Source: Octopus vulgaris
Taxonomy: Eukaryota
Direction of reading: 5' to 3'
Assembly (NCBI GenBank): GCA_951406725.2
Contig: OX597828.1
Span: 62,868,001-62,932,000 of the forward strand
DNA length: 64,000 nucleotides
In this document: piece by piece, positions 38,879 to 51,856 of the stretch
Layout of the letters: each line of letters begins with the position of its first letter
How positions within the stretch are numbered: the stretch's first letter is position 1
Made by a program: the position numbers and the translations under genes
The notes under the pieces: generated by a model
What the model saw: only the letters and a program-made list of their open reading frames with translations
What the model was told of the DNA's origin: nothing
Database searches by the model: none

Positions 38879-38969
38879 CACTTTTTCCGACTCCACCATC
38901 GCCCAGAATGACAACTTTGTAAACCCGGATCCCTTTGATTGCAGAGTTTGAAGCACCTTGGTTGCTCAT
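38879..38969 (-). CDS. RIT1: First coding exon of a Rit/Ric-type Ras-family small GTPase
   Basis: AAAAC-ATG start; encodes MSNQGASNSAIKGIRVYKVVILGDGGVGKS plus one G, then GTAAGT donor (phase 1). The P-loop context RVYKxVILGDGGVGKS matches Drosophila Ric/RIT. Ras-family call is strong; subfamily rests on 30 aa. Later exons were not found in the window. Confidence 0.75.
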
Positions 38970-39303
38970 GTTTTGTCTTTAAATAATCTTCTAGTCAGCT
39001 TATATATATATATTTATATATACACACACACAGATGGTGTGTATACACTCCCTCTTCAGTGGAGAGTATAGCAAGGAACTGAAGGGGGAAGCCCTTAGAT
39101 TGGTTCCAGCAACTTTTCACACCAAACAGGGCTGCTTCTTTAAAACAGCCCCTCTTTTAGCGTTGTGTCTGTGGGTCAGGGTTACGCTGGGTGGGGTAGA
39201 CGACAGACTTGTAGCGTTTTAGTGTATCTATATAGATATGTGTGTACGGGACTGTTTAGTGTTAAAATATGTGTACAAATATTAGTATGTGTATATGTGT
39301 GAG

Positions 39304-39355
<52 letters not shown>

Positions 39356-40930
39356 TTACTCTGTACAAAATATAACTGTGTATGCATATGTATATATTTA
39401 TGTGTGTGTGCTTGTAAGTATGTGTGTGTTGTATATGTATGTATATGTGTGTAGCAATCAGTGCAACATTTGCTATATATATACATTAACCGACTTTACA
39501 ACACCCCCTTCACGGCCAGCCTTCTATTATAGAATTTAAAAAGTGTTATATATACATATATATATGTCTAAACTGTCTGCGTGTATAAATATATATCTAT
39601 ATACATATATGCATGTGTTCCTACAAGCGTCTACAAGTGTATATGTCTGTATAACATGTATGTATATATGGGAGTGTGTGTATATATGATTGCCTTTTCG
39701 TCGTAACGTTGTCGGCAGCTTCCAACTCTGCCAAAACCTGCCTTGCCAGCAAGCAAGCTGATTGTTGCTGTTGTTGTTGTTGTTGTTTTAGTAGGTTGAG
39801 TAGCAGCAGCAGCAGTAGCAGCTGTGTGGTGGTGGGAGTGGAAGTAGACGGTATGTAGTAGACTGATGGTGGTGACGGTGGCGGTGATAGCTTTAGTATA
39901 GGCGACGGTAGAGATGTTAGTAGAAGTGACACTGGTAATGGTGGCGGTGGGGATGACGTCGGTAGAGAAGGGTGGCGGTGGTGTTGGTGATGTGATGTTG
40001 GTGGAGGTGACGGAGGTGGAAGTGGTGGTGTTGGTGGTAATAGTAAAAGTGATGGTGGTAGTAGGGGTGTTGTTGTTGTCGGTGGTGGAGTTGAAATGAG
40101 TTACGGTGGCAGTGATAGTGAAGGGGTTGATGGTGATGGCGGAGGTGGCAATGTTTGTGGTGGTGGCGGCGTTAATCGAGTTTGCTGATGATGGTGTTGA
40201 TGGCGGTGGTGACGCTTGTAAATGGCGGTAGTGGAAGTGGTGGAGGTGGTGACGGTGGCGCGGTGTTGTTGATGATGTTTAGCCCCAGGCCAGCCCTGAT
40301 CTTGCAAATCTAAGATGACAGGCGTTCCAACTATGACCATACAGTCTTCTTTTGGTGGTGGTGGTGGGGAGCATTCTTGGATTACTTTATTTAATGAGTC
40401 TTTTTATTCAGATAGCTGGATGTGATTTGAGGGAGATTTGGGTGTTATTTCTAGCATGTCGAACGACTTCGGAGAGGATCCTTCATTGTCTCATGTGACA
40501 TTGTGTGTATATGTGTGGACATGTGTATACGTCCGTGTGTGTATGCGAATGTACATGCTGTGTGTATGTGTGCGCGCGTTTGTGCATGGGTGTGCGTGTG
40601 CGGAATTGTATGTTGGTGTCTGTGTGTGTGTATGTGTTTGCGTCCGCATTGTGTATATATGTGTATCCATATGCTGTGTATGTGTTTGTGTGTTGTACTA
40701 TGTATGTGTGTGTGTGCGTGTGTGTGTGCCGTGCATATCTGCATGTGCTGCACATATTGTTGGCTATTTTTTAAATCCCAGGTCAATTTTGATTGATCAG
40801 ACAATCCAACCATGCCAATCCCATCGTTTTAGGGATTTCTCTCTGAAACTTTAATGGTGGAGGTGGTGGTGGTTGTAGAAAGGGCGAAGCGGCCAGGATA
40901 AACACAATATAAAAAAAATTTCGTAAGAGA

Positions 40931-40942
40931 GGTCACATGACC
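40931..40942. promoter_or_regulatory. Extended E-box/CLEAR-like site GGTCACATGACC upstream of the GTPase exon
   Basis: Near-palindromic USF/MiT-TFE-type motif in a short CpG-containing unique patch between microsatellites, about 2 kb 5' of the ATG. Confidence 0.35.
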
Positions 40943-41359
40943 GAAACTTTGTTGTAGTAGTAGTGCTGGTGGTGGTGGTGGTGGTAGAGATAGTGGTGGT
41001 GGTGGTGGTAGTAGTAGTTAAAAGCGGGTATGGTCACGGCTGAAACGCCTTTAGCCGTCGGTCTGCTCAACCAGGTTTGGCCTGGGGTTAAAAAACACCA
41101 CCACCACCATCATGACCACTGTCCCCGCCTCCATCATCGTCACCGCAAATCTAACCTCCAGCACCACCGCCATCGCAATGGTCAATGCAGTCCTTGCTAC
41201 ACAGAAAGCAGGGGCAGCCATGGCCGGAACACTTTTGATCATAAACAACAGACGATAAAAGGGTGTTGGTTTCCTCTTTTAGCATTATTTGTGTGGATGG
41301 TCACAAGACACCCCACCACCACCTCACACCATCATTGGTTTGGTTTAGCATAAAATGTG

Positions 41360-41368
41360 TATGGTGGC

Positions 41369-41415
<47 letters not shown>

Positions 41416-41419
41416 CAAC

Positions 41420-41469
<50 letters not shown>

Positions 41470-41508
41470 CAGCAGCAACAGTAGTAGTAGTAGTAGTAGT
41501 TGTTGTGA

Positions 41509-41557
<49 letters not shown>

Positions 41558-41580
41558 GGTAAGGTAGTAGTAGTAATGTA
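41360..41580. repeat. (GTA)n trinucleotide microsatellite
   Basis: Direct reading. Confidence 0.97.
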
Positions 41581-42019
41581 AATGTATTCTGCTGTTGTTC
41601 CTCAAAGTGTTTATGTGTGTGTATGTAGTGTTTGTATATGCAATGTTGGTGTATTCTGCACGTATGTGCATGTCTACATAATGGCTATGTGTATATGTCA
41701 CTATCATCATCATCATCATCGTTTAACGTCCATCTTCCATGCATACATGGGTAGGATGGTTGACAGGAACCAACCAGGTAGAAAATCTACCCCAGGCCAC
41801 TGTGTCTGTTTTGGCAGGGTTTTGCAGCTGGATGCCCTTCCTAACACCAACCACTCTGCAGAGTAGACTCAGTGCTTTTTACATGGCACCAGTACAGGTG
41901 AGGTTAGATTTGGCAGGATTTTTACCGCTGGATGCCCTTCCAAATGCCAACCACGTTACAGTGTGGACTGGATGCCTTTAACGTGGCAGCAGCACTGGCA
42001 GGGTAACCAAGCAGCTCAC

Positions 42020-43052
42020 AAGACAAATTAGTAGCGGGGGCGGGTGTGTTGAAAGTGTAAATGCTAGAGTAAGAATAGCCTGGGCAAAGTTCAGAGAGCT
42101 CTTACCTCTGCTAGTGACAAAAGGCCTCTCGCTCAGAGTAAAAGGCAGACTGTATGACGCATGTGTATGAACAGCCATGCTACATGGCAGTGAAACATGG
42201 GCTGTGACTGCTGAGGATATGCGTAAGCTCGCAAGAAATGAAGCCAGTATGCTCCGGTGGATGTGTAATGTTAGTGTTCATACTCGACAGAGTGTAAGTA
42301 CCTTGAGAGAAAAGTTGGACCTAAGAAGCATCAGTTGTGGTGTGCAAGAGAGACGTTTGCGCTGGGATGGTCATGTGGCGAGAATGGATGAAGATAGTTG
42401 TATGAAAAAGTGCCACACCCTAGCAGTTGAGGGAACCTGTGGAAGAGGTAGACCCAGGTAAACCTGGGATGAGGTGGTGAAGCACGACCTTCGAACTTTA
42501 GGTCTCACCAAGGAAATGACTAGAGACCAAGACCTTTGGAAGTATGCTGTGCGTGAGAAGACCCGTTAGGACAAGTGAGACCATAACCCGTGGCCTCTAC
42601 ATGGGATGTAGCCAGTCCACTTATGCATATCTTTCCTTCTTGGGACACAAAACTCTACTTGTGAAGACCTGTTGAGACAAGTGAAAATCAAAATCAAAAT
42701 AAAAATCGATCAACATAAATGGAAATTGTAGCTGTGATACCAAAGCCGGTGCCACATAAGAGAACCATCCGAACGTGGCCATTGCCAGCGCCGCCCCGAC
42801 TGGCCTCCGTGCCGGTGGCACGTAAAAAGCACCATCCGATCGTGGCTGTCTGCCAGCCTCGTCTGGCACCTGTGCTGGTGGCACGTAGAAAGCATCCACT
42901 ACACTCACGGAGTGGTTGGCGTTAGGAAGGGCATTCAGCCGTAGAAACATTGCCAGATCAAACTGGGCCTGGTGCAGCCTTCTGGCTTCCCAGACCCCAG
43001 TTGAACCGTCCAACCCATGCTAGCATGGAAAGCGGACGCTAAACGATGATGA
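42020..43052 (+). mobile_element. RTE LINE 3' fragment with 3' UTR
   Basis: MLHGSETWAVTAEDMRKLARNEASMLRWMC..GRGRPR. UTR with three repeat units and a (GAT)n tail. Same family as 3890-6007. An opposite-strand RTE tail abuts at about 41700-41995. Confidence 0.95.
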
Positions 43053-43192
43053 TATATATACACACCTGTCTGTCTGTCTGTGTGCCTATCTATCTATCCA
43101 TCCATCCATCCATACACCCACCCACGAAGCCACTCACCCACCTAACTACCTACATACCTATCTATCTATCTCTCCCTCTATCTATCTATCTA

Positions 43193-43251
<59 letters not shown>

Positions 43252-44659
43252 GGATGTGCCTGTATGTCAGTGTAATATCTGTGTATCTGTATATAGAGGT
43301 GGATGTAATGTACGTGTGTGTTTGTGTCTGCATATATAACATGGATTGATTGTGTGTGTGGCATTTAATGAATGTGTAGCGATAGTTGTGATGGTGGTGG
43401 TGGTGGTGGTGGTGGTGGTGGTGTCAGTAATACTGTTGTTTTGGTTGTTGTGTTGTCCCCTCATTAGCAGACATAGGGCCAAACAATGACTAAATGATGT
43501 CCCCTAAATCTGCCTTTGCAGTTATACCCTTTCTCCATCCAGAGACAGCCACACTACATCTCTATATCTCTGGCAGTGATGAACTGTATGGTGAAGGGGC
43601 GTGGGGGCGGGGAGTTTGACAGTTTGGACATATGGTACTCTCTACCTAGAGTGTCCAGATTACAGTGTCAACACTTATTGACACTGGGTCAGGACCACCA
43701 AATTGAGGACACAGTGTCACAACCCAAGAAACAAATGGCCAAGATTCAGAGGTTATCAAATTAAGGTCAAGGGTCAGGAACTTCAAATGAGTTTACAGGA
43801 AAGGAACAATCAAATTGAGGTCCACGATGATTTCTACCGGACATTGAAATAAAGAATGAAATTCAGTTGAATCCTGCAAGAGATTAAAATAGAAATGAAG
43901 AAACGAGAGGAAGTTTGCCACATTTGCCTGCAATGACAGGAAGCTTCTACTGCATAAAGAAAGACATTTTTAATCTCTTCCAAAAATGTTGCTTTCTTAG
44001 AGAAATCATGATTTTCTTACAAGATGGTGTTTAGAAATGCCTGAGAATTCCATGTGAGAAATTCACTATGAAAAGTTCAAAAGTTATCTGTCATATGACA
44101 GATGTGTGTGGGTGAGTATGTGTGTGTGTGTATAGGTGTGGGTGTGTTTGTGAAGGTGGGAGAGAGAGAGTGTGTGCGTGTGTGTGTATGCGTGTGTATG
44201 AATGTGTGTGTGTGTATGTGTGTGTGTGTGTCTAATCATTTAACATTGACTTTTCCATGGTTGCACGCATCAGAGACAATTGGTTAACGCAGATTTTCTA
44301 CGGTTGGCTGCCTTTCCAATTGCCAACCCTCACCTGTTTCCAAGCAAGCAAATATTTCCCCACGGACATGTTTTCCATGCAAAACAAACAATATCAGTTG
44401 TATGATGATGATGATGATCATCATCATCATCATTTACAACCATCTCATAATGTCCAGACAAGGGTACACACAAACACACACAGAGTTAATTATGATTTTA
44501 TCCAACATATTCCCCTTCTCAGATTCACACACTTATTGCAGTGGTCCTTCAGTTTTTCTAAACCCCGTAAATGAACTTGGAAGGTTGGGCCCCCAACCAG
44601 GCCTTTTGCAATACCCTTAAAGCTAGGAACTTTACAGCACCCCCTTGTATATGCATACA

Positions 44660-44752
<93 letters not shown>

Positions 44753-44804
44753 CCACAGCTCTACATGAAGAGATAGCAACTATTGGTTACATCAAACTAA
44801 AGGT

Positions 44805-46340
44805 AACAGACTCTGGCACTGAAGGGTTCCCAATTATTCTCCTTAAAAAATGCAAATAGCTCTGAGCAAGACCACTGCTGATCCTCCTCTTCCAAAGCTT
44901 CACTGCAAGTGGTAGGGTTCCCAAAACATCAAAGGAGGACATAATATGTCCCATCCATAAAGGAAGAAACAGGGCTGATGTTAACAATTACAAGCCTGTC
45001 TCTCTAACCTCACATGTCAGGAAAATCATGAAATGAATTGTTGTGGGGAAGCTGATTACATTCCTAGAAGAGAATGATTTGCTCTGACACCCAGCATGGC
45101 TTCTGCTCAGGAAGAAGCTGCTTTACACAGCTTCTACAGCACTATGACTGGGTGTGGAAACAACTTATGAATCACTCAAATATGGGTATGATGCATCTCA
45201 ATTTTGCAATGACCTTTGATAAAGATTGGTCATGGAATGATATATCACCAGCTATGATGACCCAGTATAGCTGAGAAATTGGGAGAGTGGTTAGATGACT
45301 TCTTAAAAGACAGAAGCCAGGCTATGGCAGCCAATGGAGCCTTCTCAAAGAAGACATTAATAGCAAGATAGTAAGTGGAGTGCTTCAGGGAACTGTCTTA
45401 GGGTCACTGCTGTTTGTGCTAAACAGGCAGCCAATCTTACTAGTTATGCTGACAACACGAAAGTAGCACAGACAGTCAAGAATACTCTTGAAGCTAATCT
45501 TCTACTGAAATGTCTGGATCTCTCATATATAAATTGGCAGAAGAAAACAATATGTAGTTTAATGCAGGAAAATTCCAAGCCCTCTGCTCTCAGCCAACTT
45601 GTGCCAACTCAGTACAACAAAGATGTTTTGGACCAGAAAGAAAGGCAATCCCAGAGGTAAACTCAGAGTATGACCTGAGGATTGCTTTGAGCAACCATGC
45701 TTTGTTTCATGTACATAACCCTAAGAAAGTGCTGGTGAATGGCTTGATGGATTCTGAGAACTTTCAGAACAAAGGATCGGGAAACTATACTGGTCCTATG
45801 GAGGGTGTTTGTCCTCAGCCATCTAGACAACCACTCTTGGTTATGATTGCCCCTAACAGTGTCAAACAAATAGCAGAACCTGATGCAATTCAATGGTGCT
45901 ACACCAAGAAGATTGCTTCAATGAGACAACTGAGCTATGGGGAGAGGCAGAAAGAATTGAAAGGACAAGAGAGATTCTGGAGGGGCTGGCACCAAACCTT
46001 TGCATCAAAAGTTATGACAAACCCAAACAGGAAATCACTGCACAGTGCTAAAAGACTCAACCACCCCATCTAGAGTAAGGACCAGGTACTGCAATAGTTT
46101 GGGTTTTAAGGTCCTATAGCTGTTTAATATCTTGCCAAAAAACCCAGAGAGATCTACATGGAATGGGGGTTGATATATTCAAGAAGAATGAGCTTTTATC
46201 GCAGGAAACAACTCAAATGAGGGCTGCAACATCAAACTTCCTTATTTATCAAAGGCCAAACAATAAGAGAATGACCATTGGAAAGTTAATGAACATGGTG
46301 ATGTCCCAACTTGACCAGTCTTTGGCCTAGAACACCTAAA
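44805..46340 (+). pseudogene. Old decayed copy of the CR1/L2-like LINE seen at 8778-10497
   Basis: Collinear remnants NYKPVSLTSH, QHGFCSGRSCFTQLLQHYDWV, SGVLQGTVLG, SYADNTKV and YTKKIASM, with many frameshifts. Confidence 0.9.
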
Positions 46341-46341
46341 G

Positions 46342-46388
<47 letters not shown>

Positions 46389-46394
<6 letters not shown>

Positions 46395-46945
46395 TGAATT
46401 GAAGAAATGGAGCTGAACGCAGATTGAACAGAAATCGTTTTATTTCATTCTACACGTGTTTCGAAAGGCACAATTTACCAAAATCCGATTGAATAATGGG
46501 ACCATATTGTGTCTTTCTCTTCAGGAAGAAAATAGGAAATCCGTTGGAAAAAACATGGCGGTTTCGCCATGGGCTCTTAGGAGCCTAGTTCGATTTGTTT
46601 TTGCTCCGCCTCTGTTCTGTTTTTGTTTTTTCCAACGGATTTCCTATTTTCTTCCTGAAGAGAAAGACACAATATGGTCCCATTATTCAATCGGATTTTG
46701 GTAAATTGTGCCTTTCGAAACACGTGTAGAATGAAATAAAACGATTTCTGTTCAATCTGTGTTCAGCTCCATTTCTTCAATTCACCAATAATATTTTAAT
46801 TTCAATTATCCGCACCAACGCACGGTTGCAACACCATATGGTTGTACCTCCAACCGTGCTGTTTACTGCTGTGATTTTTGCTACTAAGGTATCGGTTAAA
46901 CTTTTGATTAATCTACTACAAGATTATTCATCTTTCTATTTCACA

Positions 46946-46950
<5 letters not shown>
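46389..46950. mobile_element. Penelope-type inverted pseudo-LTR element: ~165-bp near-perfect inverted repeat with a hammerhead in each arm
   Basis: 46389-46555 versus 46624-46790 (one mismatch seen), ~68-bp spacer, 160-bp 3' extension, (TA)n on both sides. Confidence 0.9.
46645..46738 (+). ncRNA. Intact type I hammerhead ribozyme (mirror copy on minus strand at ~46441-46534)
   Basis: TTC-CTGAAGA-GAAAG-A-CACAAT..ATTGTG-C-CTTTC-GAAA-CACGTG-TA-GAA. Palindromic stem III ACACGTGT, GUA cleavage predicted after 46728, AATAAA just downstream. Confidence 0.85.
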
Positions 46951-47026
<76 letters not shown>

Positions 47027-47204
47027 CACATACATACATACATACATATATATATATAAAATATTCTATAATTATAACTATAATTATAATCAGGGGTCAG
47101 CTAATTGCTTTGCCACATACTGAATTTAGAAATAATGTACCGAACTACATGGTAAAATTATTAATTGATTAATTAATTAATTAATTTTACCCTTTCGTTA
47201 TTAT

Positions 47205-47241
<37 letters not shown>

Positions 47242-48074
47242 GGTATTGAACATTTTGGGGATCCTTTGGTTATGCTTAAGATCACAGCACTTCCACACCC
47301 CTGGGCCTACAACCTATAGTGGCACTGGATATCTTGCCTTAGCTTATCCCTGGATTATGCCAATAGTGTAGAGAGAGTCTGTGAGGTGTTGTGTAAGCCT
47401 TATTGGTCCCAAAACTTAAGGTTGTGCAATTGCTGGTGAGGTGACTTTTCAATGCTCCATGGAGTAAGAGGGCACAACAGGGAGCATGGAAGCGACACGC
47501 ATGAACGTGGGTAAAGCCAACCAAGGGTGTAATGACCTCATGCATGGGCATTACTGGCATTTTGCATGGACAGTGGTCAGTGATGGTCTTCCTCTGTCAC
47601 CAGCGGACAGCCATCATCATCGTGTGTGTGATTGTGTGTGTGTGATTGTGTGTGTGTGTGTTCTGTCTTAATGAACTGTTTCACGGCTATTTGATGATAA
47701 TGATGCTGGTGACAGCATTAGTGATGATGGAGGCAGTAATGAAAGCAGTTGTGCTAATGGTGGTGATGATGAAATATGACAATGCTGATCACAATCATGA
47801 TGGTAATGATGGTGGTGAAAGGAGCAAACCACCACCGCCACCATCACCACTACCGCCACCATCACTATTCACTATTTCACTTCAGTCCTTCTCCCTCATT
47901 AAGTTATCTTCTGCTATAAATACTTTACTATTAAAGGGAAAGGGAAGGCTTGTGTTATTAAAATTAGTCCAAGCTTTGATAATCCTGACCTACTTCTTAC
48001 ATATGTGTGTGTGTGTGTGTACAAAATGGTTTGATAGTTAGGTAAGTAAAGACATTCATGTGTGTTTATGTGTA

Positions 48075-48151
<77 letters not shown>

Positions 48152-48799
48152 TAATATATATAGTTATATGAATATATTATGTATGTATGCATGTATGTAT
48201 ATATATATATATATGGTGTACTGACAATATATTTTGACCAAAATGTGCAGGTCAGAACAGAAAGGGCCAATACGTACCAAGTGACCCAGTCTCTATGGGC
48301 CTGCAGTTTTTAGGGAACCTACATCTCCTGATGAAGGTAAAAAAGAGGTCTCTTCGTTAAAAGAGAATTTACTTTCTTCATGAATTGCTCCAGTTCTTTC
48401 ATTCTGTTCTGTTATATGTTAGTACGTAATGTATGCTACATGTTTGTATATATTACATGTGCATGTATATACCTGTAACTCATAGAAATTATATGTATAT
48501 AGTACTGATTAGAGAATTATTTAATGAACAAATTAAAATGGAATCTGTATTTTAAAATTTGTCCTGTATTTATTATATGTTAATAATGATAATAAAAGTT
48601 TCTCCTAAAGGCACAAGGGGACTAGTCGATTACATCAACCCCAGTGTTTCACTGGTACTTAATTTATTAGCCCCAAAAGGATGAAAGGCAAAGTCAACCT
48701 TGGTGGAATTTGAACTCAGAATGTAGCAGCAGATGAAATACTGCTAAGCATTTCATCCAGTACGCTAACAATTCTACCATTTCGCTGCTGCTCTGTTGC

Positions 48800-48881
<82 letters not shown>

Positions 48882-48882
<1 letters not shown>

Positions 48883-49335
48883 TGTCCCAATCGACATAAA
48901 TGTATCTGTCAAGACTTACAAGAAACTGAGCAAGTATAAAGATCTTGAAATAGAAATTGACAAAATGTGAAACTTCAGGACTAAAGCAATACCTGTTGTC
49001 ATGGGTGCCCTAGTAATGATAGTAAAAGGTGCTGATTTCTACCTCGCTCAGATACCAGATACCCCAAAATGGCAGAAATTCAAAAGATAGCACTCATGGG
49101 AACTGCCCATATCCTACGTAACATACTATCTATGTAATCTCAAATTTTAAAACAAACTCATAATTTTCTTGTTTTCTTAAATATTCTCTAGAACAATACT
49201 AAGTACAATACCAAATATATGGCACCCTAGGCTTAATACAAATATGAACTTCTAACTTGTTGTCTCTTGAGGTCTCTGGGTGAGACTTGGAGCCAACTTG
49301 TACAAATACAAAGCAAAAGTCAAACATATAGTAAT
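48882..49335 (+). mobile_element. R4/Dong-clade non-LTR 3' fragment in a (TAA)n/(TGA)n tract
   Basis: VPIDINVSVKTYKKLSKYKDLEIEI..IPVVMGAL..IQKIALMGTAHILRNILSM*, the C-terminus of the restriction-like endonuclease domain. The 3' UTR is followed by (TAA)n, the known Dong target. Confidence 0.85.
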
Positions 49336-49503
49336 AACAATAATAATAATAATAATAATGATAGTAAACTTATTGTATAAAGTGTTCAGGTGCACCACAG
49401 CTCATTAGAGAAGGTAGTCAAAAGTGCATGAATAGTCGACAGAATAGTGCAGAGAACGAGAGACAGGAAAGTGAGGAGTGAATCCATATCTATAAACGGG
49501 AGG

Positions 49504-49551
<48 letters not shown>

Positions 49552-50059
49552 ATGAATGTACTTTATGCACGTCCACAAATTAGCACACATGTTGCTCCAA
49601 TTTTAGGAGGACATAGGTCACAACCATGGCTGTGCTTTTGTCAAATTATTTTTCCCGAGGCATCTCTGGATAGTGGTAAAAATAGCTTTTCAACCATGAC
49701 TTTTACTAATTTTCATGTTGGTGAAATCCGTAAGTTTGCTAACATGAGTTAAGTCCCCTGTCTTATAGATTAATTCACCCTACTACAATGCCTCTGAAAA
49801 AAATTAGATTTGGACTACCTAAGCAATCTCAATGTAAGAAAAAGAGAAAGAGCTGAAGAGACTGGCTATCAGCAGACCCATTAGTAAAATATTATAACTT
49901 TTTGGACCGAAACCTGGCAATAAGTGCTTACGGATATTCCGCTACAAGACATTCAATAATATCGAAGCAGTAACTTTTGTAAATCAGGGTGTAATTTTTT
50001 AAGACTCTTTCTGAATGCAGTCAAGGACAGGTATTTCTGTTAGTGGGTCATTAAAAAGA

Positions 50060-50350
50060 AAAAGAAAAGGAATATCAATTGTGGTGTTGGTGAATTTTGG
50101 GAAGCATGGAAGAAGTTTTGAAGGATACAGTGTACCCTGACAGGTAACAACTAATGCAGGGAGTTTATTCCATGCTTCTGCAATACTAAGCATGAAACAA
50201 TAATGCTTCCAAAAGTCATTGGTCCTGAACTATTTTTTGTGATTTTCTAAGCATGACCATGGGTGCTGGACAAAACATATGGAATTCAAAAAGGTTCCCA
50301 AGGTTGTTGTGGGAAAGATGGTGGATAATCTTGTGGGTGTCTACCAAGTA
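50060..50350 (-). pseudogene. Decayed CR1/L2 LINE 3' end
   Basis: SIAEAWNKLPALVV matches the RVVxxWNxLPxxVV C-terminal motif. Confidence 0.6.
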
Positions 50351-50689
50351 AGTTGCCAGACATCAGAGCTTTAATGCGTTTGTGCTAATATTTTACATCT
50401 TACCTGAGCCTATCATCAGTTGAAGTCGGATCTATAGTTTATACCTGGCCTTGGCTTAGTAACAGTTAAATTTGATAGAAACAAGAATCAAATCACCTGC
50501 AAATCACGCCTTACCATTTTAAGAAAAATCAAATTAACTATTTGGTTCTGACTGTATTGAAATGAGGGGGGTGGGGAGGCATGATCATGACTGGATTGTC
50601 TTGAATGTGCTTGATTGTAGTCTGCTCAATGAGTATTGACCGAGGGCTAAACAACAACAACAGCAACAATCTGTTTTAATATATATTGG

Positions 50690-50929
50690 TTTCAAATATT
50701 GGCACAAGGCCAGCAATTTAAGGGGAAGAGATAAGTCAATTACATGGACCCCAGTATACAGCTGGTATTTATTTTATCAAGCCCAAAAGGATAAAAGGTA
50801 AAGTCGACCTCGGCGAAATTTGAACTCAGAACATAGCAACGGGCAAAATACCACTACGCATTTCGTCCAGCGTGCTAAGGATTCTGCCAGCTCACTGCCT
50901 TAATAATAATAACAATTATAATAATAATA

Positions 50930-50967
<38 letters not shown>

Positions 50968-51135
50968 TATAATAACAATAATAATAATAATAATAGTAAT
51001 AATAATAATAATAATAATAATTATAATAATAATAATAACAATAATAATAATAGTAATAATAATAATAATAATTATAATAATAATTATAATAATAACAATA
51101 ATAATAATAATAATTATAATAATTATAATAATTAT

Positions 51136-51191
<56 letters not shown>

Positions 51192-51198
51192 TGATGAT

Positions 51199-51231
<33 letters not shown>

Positions 51232-51545
51232 AATAATAATAACCTTTTCTACTATAGGCACAAGACCTGAAATTTGAGGGGAGGGGGATAGTCAATTACA
51301 ATGATCCTCAGTACTTGACTGGTACTTAATTTATCAACCTTGAAAGGCAAAACAGACCGTGGCACAATTTGAACTCAGAATGTGAAGATGGACAAAATAC
51401 CACATTTTTTCCAGTTGGCATGGTACTGGTTCTGCCAGCTCAGCTTCTGATTCAAGCAGAAGGCCAAGAATTTTGAGAGGAGGGGCTTAGTTGATACACT
51501 CAACCCCAGCATTTGACTGGCATTTTTATTGTATTGATACCAAAA
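50690..51545 (-). mobile_element. Cluster of family-C SINEs around a long (AAT)n tract (50901-51242)
   Basis: SINE C at 50690-50902, 51245-51445 and a partial copy at 51455-51545, all on the minus strand. Confidence 0.85.
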
Positions 51546-51579
51546 AAAAATACAAAATGAATAGTGAAGTTTACCATTG

Positions 51580-51856
51580 CAATTATTTACATTATTTACA
51601 TTTGACGGATATTTGTCCTCATCTTGTTTGTTGTTAACACAACGTTTCAGCTGATATACCCTCCAGCCTTCATTAGGTGTCTTGGGGAAATTTCGAACCT
51701 GGGTTCTCATTCCTAAGGTATTTTTCAATATTATTATTATTCAGGTCACTGCCTGGAATTGAACTGGGAATCTTGGGGTTAGTAGCCCGCGCTTTTAACC
51801 ACTACGTCATATGTAAATAATGTACATAATTCCTCATCTCTTAAATATAGAACTGT
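51580..51856 (-). mobile_element. Family-A element: tRNA-like head, (AAT)n, hammerhead, short inverted terminal copy
   Basis: Minus strand from 51810: A-box TGACGTAGTGG, anticodon-like arm GGG-CTACTAA-CCC, B-box GTTCAATTCC, then HHR at 51637-51680 (core CTAATGA variant, GAAACGTT). 51811-51856 is an inverted copy of the 3' end. Confidence 0.8.

Noticed and set aside
39621-40340. PolyQ/polyS/Pro-rich ORFs upstream of the GTPase exon
   Set aside because: Trinucleotide repeat tracts with no domain or convincing splice sites.
41345-41719. PolyT/V/S ORFs; likewise polyN/I/Y at 50872-51295
   Set aside because: (GTA)n and (AAT)n microsatellites.
48325-48380. CTGATGA as a hammerhead core (also at ~725, 23355, 29860, 34950 and 49853)
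   Set aside because: No properly placed GAAA/NUH with supporting stems. The 29860 and 49853 cases may be decayed motifs but cannot be supported.
51735-51810. Functional tRNA gene
   Set aside because: Has A/B boxes and an anticodon-like arm but no paired acceptor stem, and is fused to a repeat. Other tRNA-like segments are SINE heads.
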